A program made the position numbers and the translations under genes. A stretch of DNA of 64,000 nt, from the IMG/VR virus record IMGVR_UViG_3300028654_000384, positions 62,001 through 126,000 of that record. One strand, written 5' to 3'. Each line of letters begins with the position of its first letter. The first letter of the stretch is position 1. Positions 56,051 through 64,000 of the stretch are shown piece after piece. The notes below the pieces were generated by a model. That model searched no databases. It worked only from the letters and a program-made list of their open reading frames with translations, and was not told where the DNA came from.

Positions 56051-57115
56051 ATGGACACGTTGACGAAAGAGCCTGGTTTCACCCGTTCACTGCGGGAAGA
56101 GTTGGTGCAGGTGTCGCCCGACTTTCAGGTTCGGGTGCACCGGCCGGGGGCGTTGTCCGACGCTGAGTTGATGGCACTGACGATGCGGCACGATGCTGAC
56201 CCGGCGATGTATCACCCGGAGCCCGTTAATGCCAGTGGAGTATCGATCCTGGGCGACGTCACCCCTGCCGACGAGGCGATGGGCATGAGCGCGATCAAAC
56301 GCGGTGAAGTTGCCATGGTGGTACTGGCGGGCCGGGCCCCCAAGTTGCTTGCCAAGATCCCGGGCGTTGACACCAGCATGCTGGCGTGGAAGCTGATGCA
56401 GGGCGGCGACATGCCCGTGTGGATCATGGTGGCGCCTGACCAATTGGCGCCGGCGGAGCACCACATCAAGCAATTGGTGCTGTCACCCAACCTCAGGGGC
56501 ACCCTCTTCACGCAGTTCGAGGGGTACCGCCTGACACCCGACAATAGGATGGCATGGGTGGCACCGGGGGTGCCCGACTTGGGCCCGTTGGGCAACGGTG
56601 ACCTGGGCCCGGCACTGCACGAGGCAGGCATCCTCGCCGAACACCCCAACGTCAAGTGGGTCTTCATCTGCAACGTCGACAACGTCATGGCGTCGCCGCA
56701 CGAGGGCCTCATCGGCCTTCACATCAGGCACCGGGCACCCATCACCTGTGAGGTCGTCGACCTGCACCCGGACGATCGGGGCGGCGTGCTGGCTCGCGTC
56801 GAGGGTTATCGTCAGCTCGCCGAGGATTGGCGGTTACCGTCAGGTTTTGCGAAGCCGGGCATGTTCTATAGCACTAACACCATGCTCGTCAACGTCGAGG
56901 TGTTGCAGACCCACTTTGCATGGCGCTGGCACCGCATCCGGCGGGAAGTGGGCAATCGACTGGTGGTGCAGCACGAGCGCTTGCTCCAGCAGTACACCGA
57001 GGAATTCGGTGCCGTCTACGTGCGGGTACCGAGGGACATGCGGTACGTGTCGGCCAAGACGACGGCGGGTCTCGAAGAAGCGGGTAAGGCAATCCTACGA
57101 ACGAGGCACCCATGA
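56051..57115 (+). CDS. UDP-sugar pyrophosphorylase (UGP/UAP, UDPGP family)-like
   Basis: VAMVVLAG, TQFEG, PLGNGDL...L..AG, FICNVDN, GGVL, STNT. Confidence 0.7.
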   Translation: MDTLTKEPGFTRSLREELVQVSPDFQVRVHRPGALSDAELMALTMRHDADPAMYHPEPVNASGVSILGDVTPADEAMGMSAIKRGEVAMVVLAGRAPKLLAKIPGVDTSMLAWKLMQGGDMPVWIMVAPDQLAPAEHHIKQLVLSPNLRGTLFTQFEGYRLTPDNRMAWVAPGVPDLGPLGNGDLGPALHEAGILAEHPNVKWVFICNVDNVMASPHEGLIGLHIRHRAPITCEVVDLHPDDRGGVLARVEGYRQLAEDWRLPSGFAKPGMFYSTNTMLVNVEVLQTHFAWRWHRIRREVGNRLVVQHERLLQQYTEEFGAVYVRVPRDMRYVSAKTTAGLEEAGKAILRTRHP

Positions 57116-57468
57116 TCCTCTCACTCGTCGCTGTCGTGGCGGCATCGGCATTCGGTTCTGTCGTCATCATCACCAAGTCGGCGCTGGCATTCGCCAACGT
57201 CTTCGACAAGCGCGAGCGTGAAGACGACAGTGGCGTGAAGCTGTACCCATTCGAGCACGTGGTCAATGGAAAAACTCGCTGTGTAGTGTGTGGTTACTAC
57301 GCTAGTAATGCCACTAGTGGCAATCCTGCATTGGGACCAGGGGCACCGCGTGCGTGCGAGGATGATACTTGCAGTGCTCGGTGGGATGACATCGCTCACC
57401 TTCACATGACGTGTCGTTCGTGCCGCAGCGCGTGGTTGATGAGGACGGCACCGGCTGACCTCACGTGA
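57112..57468 (+). CDS. Membrane-anchored zinc-ribbon protein
   Basis: N-terminal TM; CVVC, C..C, CRSC. Confidence 0.6.
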   Translation: MILSLVAVVAASAFGSVVIITKSALAFANVFDKREREDDSGVKLYPFEHVVNGKTRCVVCGYYASNATSGNPALGPGAPRACEDDTCSARWDDIAHLHMTCRSCRSAWLMRTAPADLT

Positions 57469-57884
57469 GGATACCACCCGTTTCACCCTACGGCCTCATT
57501 CAGGAGACGCTGTGGCCCGACGAATGGTTGATCCTCGTCACCGGCACCATGCTCAATTGCACCACGCGCAAGCAGGTTGAACGGGTGCTGCCCGACTTTC
57601 GTTGTCGGTGGCCCACCCCTCAGGTCTTTGTCACCGCCTCATACGACGACGTCTTTGAGTTGATCAAGCCACTGGGTTTCGGCAACAGGCGCACGGGCAA
57701 CCTGTTGAAGATGACGCGTGCCTACCTGATGACCGACTGGCACCACGCCCGTGAACTGCCCGGCGTCGGCGAGTACGGTGCACGCAGTTGGGAGATCTTC
57801 TGCTTGGGCGTGTTGGGCACGACGCCACCGAAGGATCATGCCTTGCTACAGTATTGGGACTGGGCGGTGACCTTACCGAGCTGA
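57465..57884 (+). CDS. MBD4-like HhH DNA glycosylase
   Basis: PYGLIQE.LW...W..L...MLN.T, LIKPLG, LPGVGEYG..SW.IFC, catalytic-position PKDHAL..YW.W. Confidence 0.8.
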   Translation: MRIPPVSPYGLIQETLWPDEWLILVTGTMLNCTTRKQVERVLPDFRCRWPTPQVFVTASYDDVFELIKPLGFGNRRTGNLLKMTRAYLMTDWHHARELPGVGEYGARSWEIFCLGVLGTTPPKDHALLQYWDWAVTLPS

Positions 57885-58748
57885 CAACGGGCCGATGATC
57901 TTGTTGTGCTCGAGGAAGCCACGAATGGTGTCGTGGCAGGTGAACAGCGAGATGTCAGGCACGTTCCTCTTGAAGCTGTCGGCGGTGCCGATGAGGTCGC
58001 CTGCAGCATTGAAGGCCGGGCCACCCGAGTTGCCGAAGAAGACGGCCGCTGACACCTGCACGTAGTCGTGAGGTTTACCTTCATTGTTGGTGTACTCTGA
58101 CAGGTGCCCCGACACGTAACCGTGGGTGTATGTCCACCACATGCCCGCCGGCATGCCGATGATGTGAACCTCGTCGCCAGGTGAAGGTGTGGTCGACATC
58201 AGGTGAGCAATGGGATGATCACCAGGATCCTTGACGCGGATCAACGCTAGGTCATTGTACATGTCGACGGCGATGCACGCGCTGTCATGGTACGTTTGTT
58301 GTGAGTCGGCGATGTCGCCGCGCGTTGAGTATATCACGGGTTGACCCACCGGCGTCCACTCCGTCAACTGAGGAGGCGGTGCCGTCGTCACTCCGTTGAT
58401 CTGGTCGATCATTTGTTTCAGGATCGCCGTCGCGTCGAGCGGTGGCTTAGCGTCGGCGGGCTTGCCGATGTCATCAATGCAGTGTTCGGCCGTCAGGATG
58501 ACGTTGGCACTGACCCACACGCCGGTGCAGTAGGAGTGCAGCTTGGCACCGCGCCCTGCGTTGATCGGCTCGATGACGTTGCCCTCACTGTCGGCGTAGT
58601 GTACCAGGGCGACGGTCTCATACTCCAGTTGGGCGATCATCTCGGCATGTGTCAATGGAGGTGGTGTAGCAATGGTGATGTAGTGGTAGGCATGTGTACA
58701 GCAAGCGGGTAGAAAGGCAATGCCCAACCAGGCCAACAACTTCTTCAT
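57873..58748 (-). CDS. Trypsin-like serine protease with lipoprotein-type leader
   Basis: LTAEHC, DLALI, GNSGGP; leader ..LPACC. Confidence 0.9.
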   Translation of the reverse strand: MKKLLAWLGIAFLPACCTHAYHYITIATPPPLTHAEMIAQLEYETVALVHYADSEGNVIEPINAGRGAKLHSYCTGVWVSANVILTAEHCIDDIGKPADAKPPLDATAILKQMIDQINGVTTAPPPQLTEWTPVGQPVIYSTRGDIADSQQTYHDSACIAVDMYNDLALIRVKDPGDHPIAHLMSTTPSPGDEVHIIGMPAGMWWTYTHGYVSGHLSEYTNNEGKPHDYVQVSAAVFFGNSGGPAFNAAGDLIGTADSFKRNVPDISLFTCHDTIRGFLEHNKIIGPLSAR

Positions 58749-58881
58749 TCACTGCACCTCTGATCTATACTATGGCGTCTCGTGCGCACCTACACCACAT
58801 TGTCACCGGGATGTAACACAATGAACGGGGAGCGTGTACGGGTGTGATGTCATACAGTAGAGTGTTGAATGGAGCACTACA

Positions 58882-59736
58882 ATGCCAGAGGGACCTGAAC
58901 TTCGAAAAAGTCGCGATGACCTACAATTCTTGGTCGGTCGCTACATCACCCGCGTTGAGGCGGTGGGCGGACGCTATGCGAAGGTGCCGCCCGTTGGTCT
59001 CAACGACTTCACTGGCTCAAGCAAATGTGCCGAGTGCCTCTACCTGAAGGAGTACGGTCGCATCGAGGAAGTCGAGGTCAAGGGCAAGTTCATGTGGTGG
59101 AGCATTCGAGCGGCGTGGTCGCTGTGGTGCACCTACGGCATGACGGGCAGGTGGAGCACCACCCGAGACGATAAGCACTGTGCTGTGGTGCTGACCCACC
59201 GTGGTGCTGCAGGCGACGAGGCCTGCGTCTACTTCAATGATCCACGGCACTTCGGCACCCTGAAGTTCGTCTATGACCGTGACGGCGACAAGACGCAGGC
59301 CAAGCTCGACGCGCTGGGTCCCGACATGTTGGGCTCACCGCCGGCCCCTGAACAATTCATCGCCCGGCTGGGCAAGAAACCCAATCGCACCCTGGCCGAG
59401 GCGCTGATGGACCAATCTGTCGTCTCGGGAGTGGGCAATTACGTCAAGGCCGAGGGCCTCTACATGGCCGCACTATCGCCACACCGCACCGTCGCCGAGT
59501 GTTCGGTCGCCGAACTGATGCACTTGGGCACGCGGTTGACCCAGGTCATGATGGAATCGTACACGTCTGGTGGCGCGACGATCAGCACCTACCGCACCGT
59601 CGACGGCACCAAAGGTGGGGCGCAGCGACGCTTTGCGGTGTATGGTAATATGACGGACCCGATGGGTCACCCGGTGATCAAAGAGGCGACCAAGGACGGG
59701 CGCACTACCCACTGGTGCCCGGCGATCCAAAAGTGA
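58882..59736 (+). CDS. Fpg/Nei DNA glycosylase
   Basis: MPEGPE, KGKF, GMTG, NDPRHFG, LGPD, DQSVVSGVGN, GRTTHWCP. Confidence 0.9.
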   Translation: MPEGPELRKSRDDLQFLVGRYITRVEAVGGRYAKVPPVGLNDFTGSSKCAECLYLKEYGRIEEVEVKGKFMWWSIRAAWSLWCTYGMTGRWSTTRDDKHCAVVLTHRGAAGDEACVYFNDPRHFGTLKFVYDRDGDKTQAKLDALGPDMLGSPPAPEQFIARLGKKPNRTLAEALMDQSVVSGVGNYVKAEGLYMAALSPHRTVAECSVAELMHLGTRLTQVMMESYTSGGATISTYRTVDGTKGGAQRRFAVYGNMTDPMGHPVIKEATKDGRTTHWCPAIQK

Positions 59737-59998
59737 ACCCCAACCATGCATGACAACATCATCTCCTTCATCAGATCACTGTCACAGGGTCGTTGCTCGT
59801 GCTACCAGATCGGTGGCAGCCTGAGCATCGGCACCTATGACCCATTGACGGGTGCTGAGACGCCGTTCAAGTCAACGCCCGGGACGACGATCAAGTGCCA
59901 GCGTTGCAAGGCGAGGGCGATGCTCGAGGCCGATGGCATTGAGTACGAAAAGGTCGATCACTTGCCGGTGTACACGACGTGAGAGAAAGAACTACACC

Positions 59999-60790
59999 AT
60001 GACCAAGCCCAACAAGACCGAGATCATCTTCGTCGTCGACCGCAGTGGATCGATGAGCAACATTGCCGTGGCCATGAGCGCCGGCTTTGACGAGTTCATC
60101 AACAAACAGAAGTCAGTGCCGGGGGAGTGCCTGGTGACGGCCACACAGTTCGACGACAAGTATGAAGTGTTGTACACCGCGAAGCCGCTGGTCGAAGTGC
60201 CGGCCTACGTGCTGGTGCCTGGCGGCATGACGGCGCTGTACGACGCCATTGCACAGACGATCACCGCGACGGGCACGCGCCTCAATCTGATGCCCGAGAC
60301 CGAACGTCCGAGCCAAGTCCTCTTCGTCATCATCACTGACGGCGGCGAGAACTCATCACGAGAATTTGCAGGCGAAGCGGGTCGACAACGCGTGCACAGC
60401 ATGATCACTCACCAGCGCGCCAAGTACAGCTGGGAATTCGTGTTCTTGGGCACCAACCAGGACGCCATTGCCACGGGCACCTCGCTCGGCGTCAGTGCGA
60501 CCAACTCTGTCACCTACGTCTGTTCGTTGACGGGCAGTCAGAACTTGATGCGTGGGTTGTCGGCAAACGTGGGTGCATACCGCCAGTCGAATCAGGCGAC
60601 GATGGACAACCTCTACAATCAAGCGTCGTACGATTCGCTGATGACTGACGATGCGGTTGAACCGCAACCCACCTTGTGGACGGGCCCGATGATAATTCCC
60701 GGCGGTGCGGTGCCCAACATCACCTGTGCGCCGACGATCCTACCGGGCACCACAATTGGCACTGTCACCGTCAATCCGCCTAAGCGTTGA
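59999..60790 (+). CDS. von Willebrand factor A domain protein
   Basis: MIDAS DRSGSM, T.LYDAI, IITDGGENSS, WEFVFLG. Confidence 0.9.
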   Translation: MTKPNKTEIIFVVDRSGSMSNIAVAMSAGFDEFINKQKSVPGECLVTATQFDDKYEVLYTAKPLVEVPAYVLVPGGMTALYDAIAQTITATGTRLNLMPETERPSQVLFVIITDGGENSSREFAGEAGRQRVHSMITHQRAKYSWEFVFLGTNQDAIATGTSLGVSATNSVTYVCSLTGSQNLMRGLSANVGAYRQSNQATMDNLYNQASYDSLMTDDAVEPQPTLWTGPMIIPGGAVPNITCAPTILPGTTIGTVTVNPPKR

Positions 60791-61279
60791 GTGGCGGTGT
60801 AAAACGCCCGGTTGTGGGCTTACAATGGAGTTCATGACCAAGGAAGAGTTTCTCGAGCACGTGAGAGACGCCATCGACAATGTCAACTCGCCCGGTGGTG
60901 AGTATGCTGCCTTCATTGTTGAAGGGGAGCAAAATGCTCGCAACATGGCACAGCACGATCCCGTGCTCGGCCAGAAGGTCACCCGCGTCGTCGAGGCCAT
61001 GAAAGACCTCGGCACCTACCTCAAACACCGCGGCGAATCTCAATAACACGTCTCGTCATGGAGGATGCACTCACAGTACGAGCGTGCCTCAACTTGCTGC
61101 GTGCAGGTCACAAGCGCCTCGTCAGGAACACCCTCCGAAATAAGGGTACCGTCGTGCTTGAAGCCTGTGGTACCCGTTTGATCACCCCCGAAGAAGCGAC
61201 GACGTTATTCATGTTACAGCGCACTCCCTGGTACGTGAGAGTGTGGTGGGTCAAGTAACCATTCAAGAGAGGATTGTCC

Positions 61280-62236
61280 ATGTTGAACCGTAGTTTTACG
61301 ATCGTGGCACTGTTGGGCACGTTGGCCTTCAATGCAGGCTGTTCGAGCCAAGACGTGCCGCCTGCACACAAGGGGCGCATGTTCGAGAAGACGGGCATGT
61401 TGAAGTTCTACACCGGAGGCAAGGGGTTTGATGGGCCAGTGTTGGGCCCGGGCACCTATTTCACCGGCGTGTATCCCGAAGTCAGGATCGTCGATTGCTC
61501 GACGCGGACGTTCAAGGAACCCATGACGTCGATGACGAAGGACGGCGTCCAATTCGCGCTCGATGTCTACATCACCGTCAGTGCCAACTGCGACAATGAT
61601 CAGGCCACCGAGATCCTGCTCAATAAGCTGGCCCCCACGGGCAAAGTCGACGCACCGAACCCGGGTGCCGGTGCAGGTAACGGCGTTCCCGACGAGAAAG
61701 ATCCCGTTGAGACTGATGCTGACCGTGCCATCACTTCGAGGCAGGTGTACAGCACCTTCGTGCGCCCCGCGTTGGGCGAAGCGGTGCGGCAGGCGATCGC
61801 CAGCTACGACGCCAACGACATCAACTCCCACCGGGAAGAACTGTTCGGCCGCATCAAGACGAAGCTCGACTCTGACCTGAAGGGTTCACCATCGCTGGTC
61901 ACCGTCGTCAACTTCAACCTGTCCAACTTCAAGCTGCCCGATGAGATGGCCAACGCCGCCGCCGACCGAGCGACACAACAGGTGCTCCGCGACAAGTCGG
62001 TCGCTGAACAGGAACGCATCAAGGTTGAGACGGCGACGGCACTGTTGCAGGTCGACAAGACCGCCGCCGAGGCACAAGCTGAAGCACGTAAGATCGATGT
62101 GGTCGGTGCTGCGCTGCACCGCAATCCCGAGTACTACGTCCGCGACGTCTATTACTACGCCGCGGAGCACGGAGGCAGCGTGATGCTACCGACGAATCCC
62201 AACGTCATCCTGTCGATGACGCCCGGACACAAGTAG
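61280..62236 (+). CDS. SPFH/band 7 family lipoprotein
   Basis: AFNAGC lipobox, VPP.H.G, TKDG, C-terminal coiled coil. Confidence 0.75.
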   Translation: MLNRSFTIVALLGTLAFNAGCSSQDVPPAHKGRMFEKTGMLKFYTGGKGFDGPVLGPGTYFTGVYPEVRIVDCSTRTFKEPMTSMTKDGVQFALDVYITVSANCDNDQATEILLNKLAPTGKVDAPNPGAGAGNGVPDEKDPVETDADRAITSRQVYSTFVRPALGEAVRQAIASYDANDINSHREELFGRIKTKLDSDLKGSPSLVTVVNFNLSNFKLPDEMANAAADRATQQVLRDKSVAEQERIKVETATALLQVDKTAAEAQAEARKIDVVGAALHRNPEYYVRDVYYYAAEHGGSVMLPTNPNVILSMTPGHK

Positions 62237-62244
62237 AGAACGCC

Positions 62245-63531
62245 ATGGTCGTCGCCGATGTCATTGCGCTGTTCGTCGTCCTGGGCCTGTTCGGCCTGGG
62301 CGGCAAGACGATCTTCTCGGCGTGGAATTCGTTGCGCGAGCGCCATAAGGAGAAGGTCGTTGACCACGACCGCATGCGGAATGAACTACGTGCTGCTCTC
62401 AATTCGCGTGACTACAAGCAGCTCGAGGACTTTCTCATCGTCTGGGACGCCGACATCAATAGCGTCACCCGAGACGTCATCAGACAACGCATCAACGAAC
62501 TGATCAGCGAGCACGGGCTATGAGCACCAAGCTCCCCGACGTGGCGTCCGTCTTCCTGCAGCTCGACGCCGCGCTGTGCCTACTGTCGCGCGCCAAGGGT
62601 GAGAAGCCGCCGGCACAGTACTTCGACCAACGCTCAAAGCACGTCTGTCGACTGACGCTCGACGGTCACACTTATCAGTTAGTCATTACCGAAGTCTAGG
62701 AGAGAACATGATTGATTCGCTAGGAACACGATGGGTAAAGTGCGTGCGTGCAAGCAACACGCAGGGGCAGCTCCACGTCGGGAACATCTACCATGTGCGC
62801 GGTGAGATCGGTGCCTACACCTACTTCGATGGAATGCAGGACGGATTTCTCACGCGGCGGTTCGTCGACTGCGATCCACCACCGGCACGAGGTTCGACCT
62901 TAAAGTCGAGGAGGGCTCGTGCCCGACGCTAGGGAAGTGCGCGCACCCGATTGCGAAGGTTGGTGGCTACGGGGCAAGGGTGGCTTCAATGTCAAGCTGT
63001 TCTTCGTCCAGGGCTTCGACGACGGCACGCCTCTCAGCATTTGGGATGAAGACATTGAAGATTTCATCCCGGTGACCAAGTACGTCAAACCCCTAGTACG
63101 TTGGTGGGGGCCCATCGTCCACACGTTGAGCGATGAAAAGTTGAGCTCTACATAGGGGTGCAAATGAAGTGTTTGATCTACATCGTCGGAACAATGAACA
63201 TTCTGATCTGGGGGTGGTGAAGTGCGAAGATCAGCGTTGGTTTTGCACCATCAATGGGGTCAACATTGGGTCGACGTCATCGCTGCGATGCTAGGATTGC
63301 CCGTAGAGCTGATGTTCATCGCAATGAGCGTCTACATCATGTTGCCAGTGGCGAGAGAATGATATGAGGAGCAAACTTACGGCGCCACAGTGTACTGACC
63401 CCAACTGCAAGTACAACATACGTGGCATTCGCCACACGTGTGGACAGTGCAGCTTTTTGTCCGAAGTGAAGTGTGCTTGCTATGAGAAGAACGTGAAACG
63501 GGGTCTCAAGGCACATGTTGACAATGAGTGA
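62245..63531 (+). CDS. Cluster of small hypothetical ORFs (62245, 62520, 62708, 62919, 63364)
   Basis: ORF track plus manual reading. Confidence 0.5.
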
Positions 63532-63551
63532 CGTGAATGATAGGTTAAGAC

Positions 63552-64000
63552 ATGTGCACCCTCATCGTCCTCAGTGAAGCGATCGATGGTTACCCACTCG
63601 TCGTCGCCGCCAATCGCGATGAGCACTATGATCGGCCTTCGCTGCCGCCTGCAATCACCGGTGATGTCATCTGCCCGCGTGATCTCCACAAGGGTGGCAC
63701 GTGGCTGGGCGTGGCTCGTGGTGGCTGGTTCGCCGGGTTGACCAACCAAGTCGACGCCCACCAACCGCACCTGCTGGCGTCACGAGGCCACGTCGTTGAT
63801 GCTTGCCTCAAGGCCGGCAATCACCTGGCCGTGGCCCAATACCTGCAGGGGCTTGATCGTGGCGTCTACAACAACTTCAACCTGGTCTTTGGCAGGCCCG
63901 GCGCCATTTTTTTGTGCCGTGTCTGGGGGCTGCACGCGCTGGAGATGCTCGTGGTGCCTGCAGGAACCAGCGTCTTCACCAATGATTGTTGGGACGGGCA
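63552..64000 (+). CDS. NRDE/TANGO2-family Ntn hydrolase, 3'-truncated
   Basis: MCTL...LVVAANRDE.Y.R, RDL..GGTWLG, SRG. Confidence 0.85.
   Translation, partial: MCTLIVLSEAIDGYPLVVAANRDEHYDRPSLPPAITGDVICPRDLHKGGTWLGVARGGWFAGLTNQVDAHQPHLLASRGHVVDACLKAGNHLAVAQYLQGLDRGVYNNFNLVFGRPGAIFLCRVWGLHALEMLVVPAGTSVFTNDCWDG

Noticed and set aside
1-64000. Eukaryotic giant-virus origin (MBD4, UXS, UGP, papain-like genes)
   Set aside because: DnaE, GH24 lysozyme, sigma70 promoters, SD sites and overlapping operons indicate a bacteriophage.
1-64000. tRNA/rRNA genes, cas genes, IS transposases, stop-codon recoding
   Set aside because: None recognised by eye; known enzymes are intact under the standard bacterial code. 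A tRNAscan or HMM run could still find missed elements.

Overview
This window is a dense, mostly plus-strand segment of a large (jumbo-type) tailed bacteriophage genome, about 60% GC by eye. Phage origin is supported by DnaE, a GH24 lysozyme, spanin-like genes, sigma70-type promoters and many short hypothetical ORFs. No capsid, terminase, rRNA, tRNA or cas gene is visible. It encodes replication and nucleotide enzymes (dnaE, 5'-3' exonuclease, thymidine kinase, dNMP kinase, dCMP deaminase). It also has a T4 gp42-like dCMP hydroxymethylase, a glycosyltransferase and UDP-sugar enzymes, which suggest a sugar-modified cytosine genome. Other content: an aceB-aceA glyoxylate shunt, three DNA glycosylases, RNA end-processing enzymes, three free-standing homing endonucleases, and about 15 genes sharing an N-terminal L-K/R-x-x-I-x-E tag that often follow a TANTTA motif. 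The most unusual element is a cas-less, type I-E-like CRISPR mini-array (three 28-nt repeats, two 34-nt spacers) that forms the 3' end of a small protein gene; two paralogs appear to carry decayed versions. All functional calls come from motif recognition by eye; no database searches were run.
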